Shown: positions 17,992 through 26,690, counted from the stretch's first letter. The stretch is 64,000 nt of DNA from Verrucomicrobiia bacterium (GCA_035765675.1 DASTXC010000173.1:5644-69643), one strand, 5' to 3'. Notes: generated from the sequence alone by a model not told the origin. Translations and numbers: made by a program.

Positions 17992-18984
17992 TTAACCGAT
18001 TTTTCCCGTTTCCATCGCCGCGAATCGAGCGGCGCCGATCAGCGCGGTTTTGTCATTCATGATCACGCGCACACGAACGGACGCGAGCAGATCTTTCATG
18101 CGGCCTTGCCCGATGAAATGTTTCATGAAAACTCCGCCTTGAAGTTTGCTGATGATCTTGGGCGCAATGCCTCCGCCAACGTAAAGGCCACCGGTCGCGA
18201 GAACTTTCAACGCGAGATTCGCGGCTTCAGCACCGTAATAGCCGGCGAACAATTCCACCGTCTGCGCGCAAAGTTCACATTTGCCTTCCAGACCGGCGCG
18301 CGTGATTGCCGGCGCGGGATCGTCTTCGTTTTGAAATTGTTCCCGCAGCCAGGCGGGTTCTTCGCCTTTACGGGTGTCGCGCAGGAACTGGTAAATGTGC
18401 AGGAAACCGGGGCCGGACAACAAATGCTCCCAACTCACCTGTCCAAAGCGCTCGCGCAAATATCGAAGCAGTTCAATATCCAGATCGGTGCGCGGGGAAA
18501 AATCGGAATGGCCACCCTCCGATGCCAGCGCGTGATGATGCTCGCCGTCCCAGAACAATCCGCCTTCACCGAGACCGGTTCCCGCGGAAATGATCGCGAT
18601 GTTTCCGCCTTCAACATCGCTGCCGCGATTCAACTCGATCAAATCTGTCGGCGCCAGAGCGGCAATTCCATACGCGTTGGCCTGAAGATCGTTGAGCAGG
18701 AAAGTCTGCTTGAATCCCAGCGCGCGGTTGATTTCCTCGCCATCGACAATCCAGGAAAGATTCGTGAGTTGCGCGCGATTCCCGCGGATCGGGCCCGCCA
18801 GTCCGAAACAGGCGTAATCGACCTTCAATTGATGTTCGGCGAGGAAATTCCGGACGATTTCCTCCAGGCCGCAATGGTCGCGGCTCGGATACGTTCCCAT
18901 GATGCCGGAAACCAATCGGCCGTCGTCCACCTGAAAGAACGCGAGATTAACTTTCGTTCCGCCGATATCACCTGCGAGAATCAT
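17992..18984 (-). CDS. glk: Glucokinase
   Basis: 'ILAGDIGGTKVNLAFF' (ATP-binding DxGGT), 'CFGLAGPI' and 'LLNDLQANAYG' are typical of the Glk family. ATG at 18984; a longer alternative starts at 19020. Confidence 0.85.
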   Translation of the reverse strand: MILAGDIGGTKVNLAFFQVDDGRLVSGIMGTYPSRDHCGLEEIVRNFLAEHQLKVDYACFGLAGPIRGNRAQLTNLSWIVDGEEINRALGFKQTFLLNDLQANAYGIAALAPTDLIELNRGSDVEGGNIAIISAGTGLGEGGLFWDGEHHHALASEGGHSDFSPRTDLDIELLRYLRERFGQVSWEHLLSGPGFLHIYQFLRDTRKGEEPAWLREQFQNEDDPAPAITRAGLEGKCELCAQTVELFAGYYGAEAANLALKVLATGGLYVGGGIAPKIISKLQGGVFMKHFIGQGRMKDLLASVRVRVIMNDKTALIGAARFAAMETGKIG

Positions 18985-19070
18985 GCGCGCGAAAATGTCG
19001 GCAGAAACGTCCCGAGACAAGGCCGATCTTTCAGGCAGACGTCCAACGCGAACCGCGTTCCGAACTTCGG

Positions 19071-19232
19071 CTATTCGCCGGGCGGATTTTCATCCGCGTC
19101 CGGCTTGTCAAAAAGCGTGCGTCCCTGAGTGCGTATTCCTGCGCCCGCTCGGTTTTTCACTGCGAAGTAAAAGATCGCCGCCGCGATCACGAGAATGCCG
19201 ATGAACGGCACGACCCATTCGTAGAAGAACAT
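19071..19232 (-). CDS. Possible small membrane protein (53 aa)
   Basis: Below the ORF-track cut-off. Hand translation: MFFYEWVVPFIGILVIAAAIFYFAVKNRAGAGIRTQGRTLFDKPDADENPPGE. It has one clear TM helix and a polar tail. No homology evidence. Confidence 0.35.
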   Translation of the reverse strand: MFFYEWVVPFIGILVIAAAIFYFAVKNRAGAGIRTQGRTLFDKPDADENPPGE

Positions 19233-19246
19233 AGAATGCTCCGGGG

Positions 19247-19663
19247 TTATGGGGTTTTTGTTTTGGGGGAACGGCTGGTCTGCTTTTGTCTTCGCGCAGG
19301 ACCAGCCAATTGTTTGACTTGTTTTCGACGGCGATGAACTTCGCGAGTGGTTTCCGCGCGGGTGTCGATTGTTTGATGACTGCGTTTGGGATTGATCACC
19401 TCGCGTTGCACCGTGCTGAGATTTCGCGTCGGACGTCCGGTTCGCAGTTTTGGAACCGGGCGCCCCGAACTGTCGATACCACCCAGATTGCGGTCGCGCA
19501 GGGAATTATCCTTGTTGCGCTGGCCGCGAGCGCTTGGGCGATTATCAGAAACGCGGTTGCGGGAAATGTCCGTGCGGCGGGAAATATTTTCCGTGTCCAT
19601 CCCGGGAAAGGGTGCGCGAAGATCCGGACGCGCCTTGGTGTTTCGTGCCCTGGTCGGTTTCAT
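19247..19663 (-). CDS. Hypothetical highly basic, low-complexity protein (138 aa)
   Basis: The only ORF that fits the 19233-19834 gap without overlapping neighbours. Arg/Lys/Thr/Asn-rich, with no hydrophobic core. It could be non-coding. Confidence 0.3.
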   Translation of the reverse strand: MKPTRARNTKARPDLRAPFPGMDTENISRRTDISRNRVSDNRPSARGQRNKDNSLRDRNLGGIDSSGRPVPKLRTGRPTRNLSTVQREVINPKRSHQTIDTRAETTREVHRRRKQVKQLAGPARRQKQTSRSPKTKTP

Positions 19664-19834
19664 AAGCTTTCAAGGCAAGCTAGCACAGGTTCGCAATTGC
19701 AACAGTCGGGTTTGCCCGAAGGTGAAACTGAAGAATCGAAGACGCCAAATTCTCGGAGTGCAGAATATCGCCCCGCGGAGTTCGAGAGGGACAAATTTCG
19801 GGCGAAGCAATGCTTTGAGCTTAGGGCCGACGAA

Positions 19835-20470
19835 TCAGTGAAGCCAACTGGCACTCAATTCCTTCAGTGCATTCAGCATGAATTGAATCGCCACCGCAGC
19901 CAGCAGCAATCCCATGATGCGCGTCGTGATTTTCATCGCAATGGGATTGAGCCAATGCGCTCCGTGAATGGACACGCGCAAGACCACATACGTGAGAAAC
20001 GCCACGGTAATGATGCAGAGATACAGCGTGATGCTTTGCGCCAGATTCGCCGCCTGCGTGTGCAGCAGAACAGCGGTTGAAATCGCGCCCGGCCCGGCCA
20101 GCATCGGCACCGCCAGCGGCGTGATCGCAATGTCATTTTTGTTCGCGCCGGCTTCGGTTTCCTCGCTGGTTTCCTGAACCCGCGACCGCTGCGCGCGCAA
20201 CATGTCGAGCGCAACAATCAGCAGCACAATGCTGGCGGCAATCTGAAACGCGGGCATGGTGATTCCGAGAACCTTGAAAATCCACTTCCCGGCAATCGCG
20301 AAAGTGAGCAACACAATCGCAACCACAATGCACGCCAGCCGCGCCATGCGTTCCCGCAGTTGCGGCGAATCCTCCGAAGTCATCGCCAGAAACGCCGGCA
20401 CGGTTGCCATCGGATCGATGATGACAAACATCGAACTGAACGCGAGAAACGCATATTCGACCAGACTCAT
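19835..20470 (-). CDS. MarC-family (UPF0056) integral membrane protein
   Basis: 'FSSMFVIIDPMATVPAFLAMT' and 'ITPLAVPMLAGPGAISTAVLL' are MarC family signatures. ATG 20470 overlaps the upstream gene's stop by 4 nt. Confidence 0.85.
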   Translation of the reverse strand: MSLVEYAFLAFSSMFVIIDPMATVPAFLAMTSEDSPQLRERMARLACIVVAIVLLTFAIAGKWIFKVLGITMPAFQIAASIVLLIVALDMLRAQRSRVQETSEETEAGANKNDIAITPLAVPMLAGPGAISTAVLLHTQAANLAQSITLYLCIITVAFLTYVVLRVSIHGAHWLNPIAMKITTRIMGLLLAAVAIQFMLNALKELSASWLH

Positions 20471-21816
20471 ACCGAACACGGCGCAAGCGCGGCATCGGTC
20501 ATGCCGTGAATGATTTTTTTGTCCGCCGGACAAAGCGTCGCCAGCACACCGCCAATCTGAGCACGCGCGCCATCGCTTTCGCCGGAAACGAAATAATACG
20601 GGCACAATCGCGCCCGGCCTTTGAACGAAATGGTTTCACTGGAGCCGAAGTCAAACCAGTTCGCTTCAACCAAAGCGGGCCGATGAAAGCGTTGCAATAC
20701 GTGCGGCGACCGTTCGAATTCCGAAATCGCCTTGTCCACCGCAACGCTCCAGTCCGCCTGCGAGAGGTCGCTGCCGAGATACACTCCGCGTGCGCCCCAG
20801 GCGTCCTGCGAAAAGCCAGAAACTTTCAGTATCAATTCGCGTTCCTTCTGCGACAGCGTTTTGAGCTGCGACCAATCGGTCAGTCCGAGTTCAGGAATCG
20901 CCGCATACGGCGGCATCGGCGTTGGGTCCATCAGCCAGGTGTAGGGCGTCAGCGCCTGCATTCTGGCGAAAAATTTTTCGCCGAGTTCCTGACGCCAGAA
21001 GCTTTGAAGGTTGCGATTCCACAGCAGCGCAAAAAGCATCTTCTCTTCGAACACCGGTTTCGGCGGCGGCGTCAGGCGAATCTTTTTCTCGGCGGCCAGC
21101 TCGAAAATTTTCCGGGCGTTCGCCACATTCGCGAGATCGAACAATTCGAAGAACCGATAGACCGCATCGCCTTCAGCAAAGTCCGTGAAATTCGAATCGC
21201 GCACGGCAAAGCGCGGTCCGAGCTGGCTGGCGATCCATTCCATTTCCGGGCGATACGTGGCGGCTTCTTCAGAAACGACCAGGTGAACACGTTCGGCATT
21301 TCCAAAGATGGATTGGAACCCGTTCAGCATTCCTGCTTCACCGCCAATCACTTTGGCCGCCGCGCTGCGGACTTCGGGCCGGGAATACGTCTGGTTCAAC
21401 CATGCGGTCAATCCGATGCCGCCGGGAACGGAATCCAGTTCCGTGACGCTCACGCCGTGATCGGTGATCAACAGGTCGGGACGGATGACGCGCGGAACTT
21501 CGTTTTTGAACGCGGCCGAACGCTGCCATTCAATCAGCTCCGCAGGTTTACCGAGATCCAGCCAGCGGCCGACCCATTCCGGTTGTTTGCCTTCCACGCT
21601 CTTGCGGTACAGCAGATTGACGGCGCGATAAAACTGCAACAGCACGCGGCCGAGCGACTCGATTTCTTTCGTCAGTTGCGGTCCAAGTGAAAACGGAGCG
21701 GGGGAAACGCGCCAGTCGAGCCCGGCGAAAAGGCCGTTCGAAGGAAGCTGGGATTTGATGAAGGACGCGCGTTCGGCGTCGGTGGTCGCGGATCGGGTTT
21801 CAGGTTCTGAATTCAC
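20467..21816 (-). CDS. Conserved hypothetical protein, glutathionylspermidine-synthase-like / pre-ATP-grasp ligase fold suspected
   Basis: 449-aa ORF. The pattern 'LGKPAELIEWQRS...PRVIRPDLLITDHGVSVTELDSVPGG' resembles the 'R-x-D-(x)n-K/T-x-x-E-x-N-x-x-P-G/T' strand-loop of GSP-synthase/ATP-grasp amide ligases. Coding status is firm; the function is weak inference. Confidence 0.75.
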   Translation of the reverse strand: MNSEPETRSATTDAERASFIKSQLPSNGLFAGLDWRVSPAPFSLGPQLTKEIESLGRVLLQFYRAVNLLYRKSVEGKQPEWVGRWLDLGKPAELIEWQRSAAFKNEVPRVIRPDLLITDHGVSVTELDSVPGGIGLTAWLNQTYSRPEVRSAAAKVIGGEAGMLNGFQSIFGNAERVHLVVSEEAATYRPEMEWIASQLGPRFAVRDSNFTDFAEGDAVYRFFELFDLANVANARKIFELAAEKKIRLTPPPKPVFEEKMLFALLWNRNLQSFWRQELGEKFFARMQALTPYTWLMDPTPMPPYAAIPELGLTDWSQLKTLSQKERELILKVSGFSQDAWGARGVYLGSDLSQADWSVAVDKAISEFERSPHVLQRFHRPALVEANWFDFGSSETISFKGRARLCPYYFVSGESDGARAQIGGVLATLCPADKKIIHGMTDAALAPCSV

Positions 21817-21861
21817 AAAAGGACTTTGCCCTCAACTCCGGATTTGTCCAATTCGCCGCGA

Positions 21862-22419
21862 TCAGACGCCCTCGAAAATGGCGTTCAGCGGAACGGAAAG
21901 CTCAAGCGCATTCAGTGCGACAGAAGCTTCCAGACCGGAAATTTTTTCCGACTGCCAGCCATTGGCCCGCCGATAAACCGTCACTTCAGCGGCGTTCTGG
22001 GAAACCAACACGTATTCCTCCAGCGATTCGATCGTGGTGTAGGCAAAAAACTTTTCGCGTTTATCGATGCGCTCGGTGCTATCAGAAAGGACTTCGATGA
22101 TGAGCTTGGGATGACTGATGAAAAGCTGCTTTGTATCGCGTGAATCGCAGGTCACTACGATATCGGGATAGTAAAAATAGTCATCGTCGCGAATCTGAAA
22201 ATTGACGCGAACGTCGCTCATATAGAGCCTGCAGGGACCCCCTTTCAGACGCGGGCGAATATTTGTTGCGAGATTCAGCGCGATCGTGTTGTGGGCTGGC
22301 GTCGTTCCCGCCATCGCGTAAACCAGTCCGCCGAGATATTCATGCCGCACTTCGCTGTTTTCTTCAGCGGCAAGGTATTCTTCAACCGGCACGTAATCAT
22401 TTTTAGCGGCGGTTTGCAT
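21862..22419 (-). CDS. Uma2-family (DUF820) restriction-endonuclease-like protein
   Basis: 'EEYLAAEENSEVRHEYLGGLVYAMAG', 'YYPDIVVTCD' and 'PKLIIEVLSDST' are typical of the Uma2 family. Start at ATG 22419. Confidence 0.8.
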   Translation of the reverse strand: MQTAAKNDYVPVEEYLAAEENSEVRHEYLGGLVYAMAGTTPAHNTIALNLATNIRPRLKGGPCRLYMSDVRVNFQIRDDDYFYYPDIVVTCDSRDTKQLFISHPKLIIEVLSDSTERIDKREKFFAYTTIESLEEYVLVSQNAAEVTVYRRANGWQSEKISGLEASVALNALELSVPLNAIFEGV

Positions 22420-22467
22420 ATTCGGAAATCTGGCTGAAAAACCACCAACTGACAAGCACCCCGGCAC

Positions 22468-22554
22468 GGAGCGCGGACTTCAGTCCGCGTGTTAAGTTAC
22501 AATCCTGGTCTTCGATTACTTTTCCAGAACCTCGCGGACTGAAGTCCGCGCTCC
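22468..22554. repeat. Paired REP-like element, GGAGCGCGG family (perfect 22-bp inverted repeats)
   Basis: GGAGCGCGGACTTCAGTCCGCG (22468-22489) and its exact reverse complement (22533-22554) are separated by 43 bp. Each arm is itself a hairpin (CGCGGA-cttcag-TCCGCG). Confidence 0.75.
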
Positions 22555-22561
22555 ATTGGAA

Positions 22562-23863
22562 TTACGTCCGGATTTGGCCGTTGCCAGTCCCAATCCATTT
22601 GTAGCTCGTCAATTCCTCCAGCCCCATGGGACCACGCGCGCCGATTTTATCCGTGCTGATTCCAATTTCCGCGCCCATGCCAAACTCGCCGCCGTCCGTG
22701 AAACGCGTCGAAGCATTCCAGTAAACCGCCGCAGAATCGACATCGTTCAGAAACTGCCGCGCGCTCTTTTCGTTGCGCGTGATGATGCTGTCCGAATGCG
22801 CCGAACCGTAATGATTGATATGTTCGATCGCGGCATTCACGCCGTCCACCACGCGAACGTTCAGAATGAAATCGTTGAACTCGGTGTAGAAATCCTGCTC
22901 GGTCGCCGGTTTCAGCTTTGGATTTTCTTCCGCAGAACGCGTTAACAACTTCTGCGCCGTTTCATCGACCCGCAATTCCACATCCTTTTCCCAAAGGCGG
23001 CCCGCCATGGTCGGGAGAAATTTCTCCGCAATTGAACGATCCACCAGCAATGTTTCCATCGCATTACAGACGCCCGGCCGTTGCACCTTCGCGTTCAGGA
23101 CAATGTCTTCCGCCATTTTCAAATCCGCCTCCGCATCGACATACACATGGCAAACGCCTTTGTAATGTTTGATCACCGGAACCTTCGAGCATTCCGCCAC
23201 TGCGCGAATCAGGCTTTCGCCCCCGCGCGGCATGCACAGATCGACATATTGCGTGAGCGACAGCAAAACCGGTATGGCTTCACGGTCGGTCGTCGGCACC
23301 ACTTGAATTGCATCTTCAGGAAAACCTGGAAGCGTTTTGCGTCCGGCTTCAATCATTGTGCGCGCAATGATCTGATTCGAATTCAACGCTTCCTTGCCGC
23401 CGCGAAGAATGGTCGCATTGCTGGATTTGAAACAAAGGCTCGCGGCGTCGGCAGTGACGTTCGGGCGCGACTCATAAATGATCACCACAACGCCAATGGG
23501 CGTGCTGATTTTCTGGAGCTTCAAACCATTCGGACGCATGCGTTCATCGAGCAAACGCCCGACCGGATCGGGCAACGCCGCGACTTCACGAAGTCCGCGG
23601 GCCATTCCTGCAATGCGTTTGTCGTCCAGCTTCAGTCGATCCAGCATGGCGGAGGAAAGTCCGAGATTGGCTCCCGCTTCCATGTCCAGCGCGTTGGCTT
23701 CTTTGAGCGCGGCGGCATTGGCTTCCAGCGCATCGGCCATCGCCCGAAGACAGGAATTTTTCTCGGCGGCGCTGAGCCGGGCCAGTTCGCGCGAAGCCGC
23801 TTTGGCCTGTTGCGCCAGCGCGGTGATTTGCTCATTGAGAGTCATGCCGTCAGCGTAAGCCAA
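22562..23863 (-). CDS. proA: Gamma-glutamyl phosphate reductase
   Basis: 'PIGVVVIIYESRPNVTADAASLCFKSSNATILRGGKEA', 'VCNAMETLLV' and 'HYGSAHSDSIIT' are ProA blocks. An alternative start is at 23848. Confidence 0.9.
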   Translation of the reverse strand: MAYADGMTLNEQITALAQQAKAASRELARLSAAEKNSCLRAMADALEANAAALKEANALDMEAGANLGLSSAMLDRLKLDDKRIAGMARGLREVAALPDPVGRLLDERMRPNGLKLQKISTPIGVVVIIYESRPNVTADAASLCFKSSNATILRGGKEALNSNQIIARTMIEAGRKTLPGFPEDAIQVVPTTDREAIPVLLSLTQYVDLCMPRGGESLIRAVAECSKVPVIKHYKGVCHVYVDAEADLKMAEDIVLNAKVQRPGVCNAMETLLVDRSIAEKFLPTMAGRLWEKDVELRVDETAQKLLTRSAEENPKLKPATEQDFYTEFNDFILNVRVVDGVNAAIEHINHYGSAHSDSIITRNEKSARQFLNDVDSAAVYWNASTRFTDGGEFGMGAEIGISTDKIGARGPMGLEELTSYKWIGTGNGQIRT

Positions 23864-24047
23864 AGTGCGAAACTGAAAAGCGGGAAGTTGATTGCTGATT
23901 CAATCTCCCATTCTCATTTTTCTCCCTTCTCCGTTTCCGAATCCGCTGCTGTCGCTTTCCTGAAATTAAATCCGCTGCCGCGTAGCTTTTCCCCGGTTCA
24001 TCGCGTCTTTGCTTCTTTGTGCGTTTGCGATACACCATGTTTTCCGA

Positions 24048-24821
24048 ATGACGACGCCTGTGATCTGTTTTGGCCAGCAGCCGTGTGGATTTTTCCCGCG
24101 GCGATTTCTCTTTGCCAAATTTCAAACCGCGCGCCGGCTGCAACAGGAGTTGGGCGGTGAAATCGTTTTCTTTTATCACGACAGCGACCACGATCCGCGC
24201 GAGACGAAAACCATTCTCCGGCATCGCACCACCCACGAACCGGCTGTGCTGAACTTCGCGTTTGAAAATAAAATTCAGCGCAAGTTTTCGCCGCTCTATC
24301 GCAAACGCATTCCGGCCGACTGGCAGGCAAAAACGGCGTTGCAATTACCGAATTATGTGGACGGAAAACTCATCGCCATTTTCAAAAGCATTTCCGCCGG
24401 GAACGTCGCTGATTTCTGTCTCGAGCTGTATCGTGCGATGGGATTGCTGGACGGCATTCGTGTGGTGCGTTCGAGCGATCCGGCATTCCGCGGCGCTGCC
24501 TGTGCTATCGATGAGTTCTTTGTCGATATTCCGTACGAAAACGAAATCGTGCGCGCGCGCTTCGATCACGGCGAACTGCGGCTGCATGAAGGCGGCGATT
24601 CCTATCTGACGTTGCCGCAACAGCCATTCACCAAAGAACAGATCAGCCCGACACGCGATTCGCGTTTGCGCTGGATGCAATCTGTGGTGCGCTGCACGCA
24701 TTACATTGCCGGCGCCGGCGAGCAGGCCTATCTGCGCCGCGAAGATGCGCCGGAAATCAATTTTATCCAACGTGACGTCATTGACCGTTCCGATGAAGCC
24801 TACACCGAAATCTCAAACTGA
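24048..24821 (+). CDS. Short BshC-like protein (257 aa; putative bacillithiol cysteine-adding enzyme homologue, roughly half normal length)
   Basis: 'ICFGQQPCGFFPRRFLFAKFQTARRLQQELGGEIVFFYHDSDHDPRE' parallels the B. subtilis BshC block 'GGQQAGLLTGPLYTIHK...VIPIFWVAGEDHDLDE'. 'SPTRDSRLRWMQSVVRCTHYIAGAGEQAYL' parallels '[30 protein letters not shown]'. It overlaps the bshB start by 29 nt. Confidence 0.6.
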   Translation: MTTPVICFGQQPCGFFPRRFLFAKFQTARRLQQELGGEIVFFYHDSDHDPRETKTILRHRTTHEPAVLNFAFENKIQRKFSPLYRKRIPADWQAKTALQLPNYVDGKLIAIFKSISAGNVADFCLELYRAMGLLDGIRVVRSSDPAFRGAACAIDEFFVDIPYENEIVRARFDHGELRLHEGGDSYLTLPQQPFTKEQISPTRDSRLRWMQSVVRCTHYIAGAGEQAYLRREDAPEINFIQRDVIDRSDEAYTEISN

Positions 24822-25536
24822 ACTGAAATCCGCGCCACCACTCGTCGTGTTCGGCGCGCATCCCGACGACATCGAATTCGGCTGCGGTGGAATCATCGCC
24901 CGCGAAACCCGAACCGGCCGCAAAGCGCATTTCGTGATCTGTTCGCGCGGCGAGGCGGGAAGTCATGGAACGCCAAAGCAGCGAACCGCCGAAGCCAGAC
25001 GCGCGGCGGCAATTCTCGGGGCCACGATTGAATTTCTGGAATTGGATGGCGATGCGCGATTGGAAATCCGTTCGGCACACGCTTTGAAACTGGCGGCGAT
25101 TCTTCGGCGATTGAAGCCGCAGATCGTTCTCGCACCCAGCCTTGTTGAAAATCAGCATCCGGATCATTGGCGTCTGGGAAAACTGGTTCGCGACGCAACC
25201 CGGCTGGCGCGTTATGGCGGATTGAAAACATTGCGCGGTTCGCGTCATGTGATCGAGCAACTGTTTTATTACGCCGTCACGCCTGAAGCGGAACCGCGCG
25301 ATTTGAATCCCATCCTGTTCGACATTTCCGATCCGGAAATTCTGAAGACCTGGATCGCTTCCATGCAGGCTCACATCTCGCAGGTGAGCGCGCGGAATTA
25401 CATCGAGTTGCAGATTACCCGAGCGCGGTTGCTCGGCGCGCGCGCGGGAATCGGTCACGCGCTGCCGCTGTTTGCGAACGATCCGCTGGTGGTGAATTCG
25501 TTGGAACAAGTCAGCCGGAGCGCGCGGCGTTTTTGA
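24793..25536 (+). CDS. bshB: PIG-L/LmbE-family N-acetylglucosaminyl deacetylase (BshB-like)
   Basis: 'VVFGAHPDDIEFGCGGIIA' and 'HPDHWRLGKLV' are the LmbE zinc-binding motifs. It sits between the bshC-like gene and bshA. Confidence 0.78.
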   Translation: MKPTPKSQTELKSAPPLVVFGAHPDDIEFGCGGIIARETRTGRKAHFVICSRGEAGSHGTPKQRTAEARRAAAILGATIEFLELDGDARLEIRSAHALKLAAILRRLKPQIVLAPSLVENQHPDHWRLGKLVRDATRLARYGGLKTLRGSRHVIEQLFYYAVTPEAEPRDLNPILFDISDPEILKTWIASMQAHISQVSARNYIELQITRARLLGARAGIGHALPLFANDPLVVNSLEQVSRSARRF

Positions 25537-25547
25537 ATTTCATTCGC

Positions 25548-26690
25548 ATGTCTGAACGCGCATTGAAGATCGGCATCACCTGTTATCCGTCCGTCGGTGG
25601 CAGCGGAATTCTCGCCACAGCTCTGGGCGAAGAACTCGCTCAACGCGGACACGAAATTCATTTCATCAGCTACGAACGTCCGTTTCGATTGCCGGAAAAC
25701 ACGGCGCGACTGCATTTCCATGCGGTCAATGTCAACGATTACGGGCTGTTCAAATATCCGGATTATACGCTGCCGCTTTCGGTGAAGATGGCGGAAGTGA
25801 CGCGCGATTTTGGATTGGACGTGCTGCACGTGCATTACGCGGTGCCGCATGCGACTGCCGCGATTCTGGCGCGCGCCATGTTGCCGCACGATTTGCATCC
25901 GCGCCTGGTTACAACCTTGCATGGCACCGACACGACCTTGCTGGGGCGCGACGTGGATTACGGTCCGGCGATCAGCCATGCGCTGAGATATTCGGACGCA
26001 ATCACCACGGTTTCCGGTTTCCTGCGCGATGAAACGCAGCGGCTGTTTGAAATCAAACGACCGATTCACGTGATTCACAATTTCTTCAAACCGCGCGCGC
26101 CCGGGCGTTCAGCCGATGAAATCCGGCGCGAACTGGGACTGACAAACGAAGTGGTTTTGTTTCATTCCTCAAATCTGCGCGCACCGAAACGCATTGATCT
26201 CCTGCTTGAAACAATCGCGCGGATCCAATCACCGGTTCCTTTCAAACTCGTGTTGCTGGCCGGCGACAACTTTGCGCCGTTTGCGGCGACAGTGCGCGCG
26301 TTGGAAATTGAGGATCGCTTGCTGGTGCTCGAACGCGTGCGCGATGTGGAGGATTATCTTCAGATTGCGGATCTCGGATTGTTCACTTCGGAGAGTGAAA
26401 GCTTTTGCCTGAGCATTCTCGAAGCAATGTGCTTTGCGTGTCCGAGTGTCGCACGGAGCGTCGGTGGAATTCCTGAAGTCGTGGAGAATGGAAAAAATGG
26501 TTCGCTGGTGTCGTCAGACAATCCAGCGCAACTCGCGCGCGCCGTGGAAGATTTATTGAACGATCCGGCGCGGCGTCAGGCCATGGGCCGCGCTGCTCAG
26601 GAACGCGCGGAACGCGAATTTTCTGCCGACGCCATCGTCCCGCAATACGAAGCGTTATATCGAGGAGTATTGGAAAACGGCGGCATTTGA
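25548..26690 (+). CDS. bshA: N-acetyl-alpha-D-glucosaminyl L-malate synthase BshA (GT4)
   Basis: 'KIGITCYPSVGGSGILATALGEELAQRGHEIHFISYERPFRL' is nearly the canonical BshA N-terminus. 'SESESFCLSILEAMCFACPSVARSVGGIPEVV' is the GT4 E-x7-E region. The tracked start at 25533 is TTG, so ATG 25548 is preferred. Confidence 0.85.
   Translation: MSERALKIGITCYPSVGGSGILATALGEELAQRGHEIHFISYERPFRLPENTARLHFHAVNVNDYGLFKYPDYTLPLSVKMAEVTRDFGLDVLHVHYAVPHATAAILARAMLPHDLHPRLVTTLHGTDTTLLGRDVDYGPAISHALRYSDAITTVSGFLRDETQRLFEIKRPIHVIHNFFKPRAPGRSADEIRRELGLTNEVVLFHSSNLRAPKRIDLLLETIARIQSPVPFKLVLLAGDNFAPFAATVRALEIEDRLLVLERVRDVEDYLQIADLGLFTSESESFCLSILEAMCFACPSVARSVGGIPEVVENGKNGSLVSSDNPAQLARAVEDLLNDPARRQAMGRAAQERAEREFSADAIVPQYEALYRGVLENGGI

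Noticed and set aside
18106-19128. 340-aa plus-strand ORF opposite glk. Similar long antisense ORFs occur at 23081-24160, 50886-51944, 61881-62633 and 16836-17726.
   Set aside because: Each lies opposite a gene with strong family motifs (glk, proA, UxaE-like, MOSC, glnII) and shows shadow-frame composition.
20506-21690. 394-aa plus-strand ORF opposite the 449-aa ligase-like gene
   Set aside because: Arg/Phe-rich shadow frame. The minus-strand ORF is longer, protein-like, and coupled to the MarC gene.
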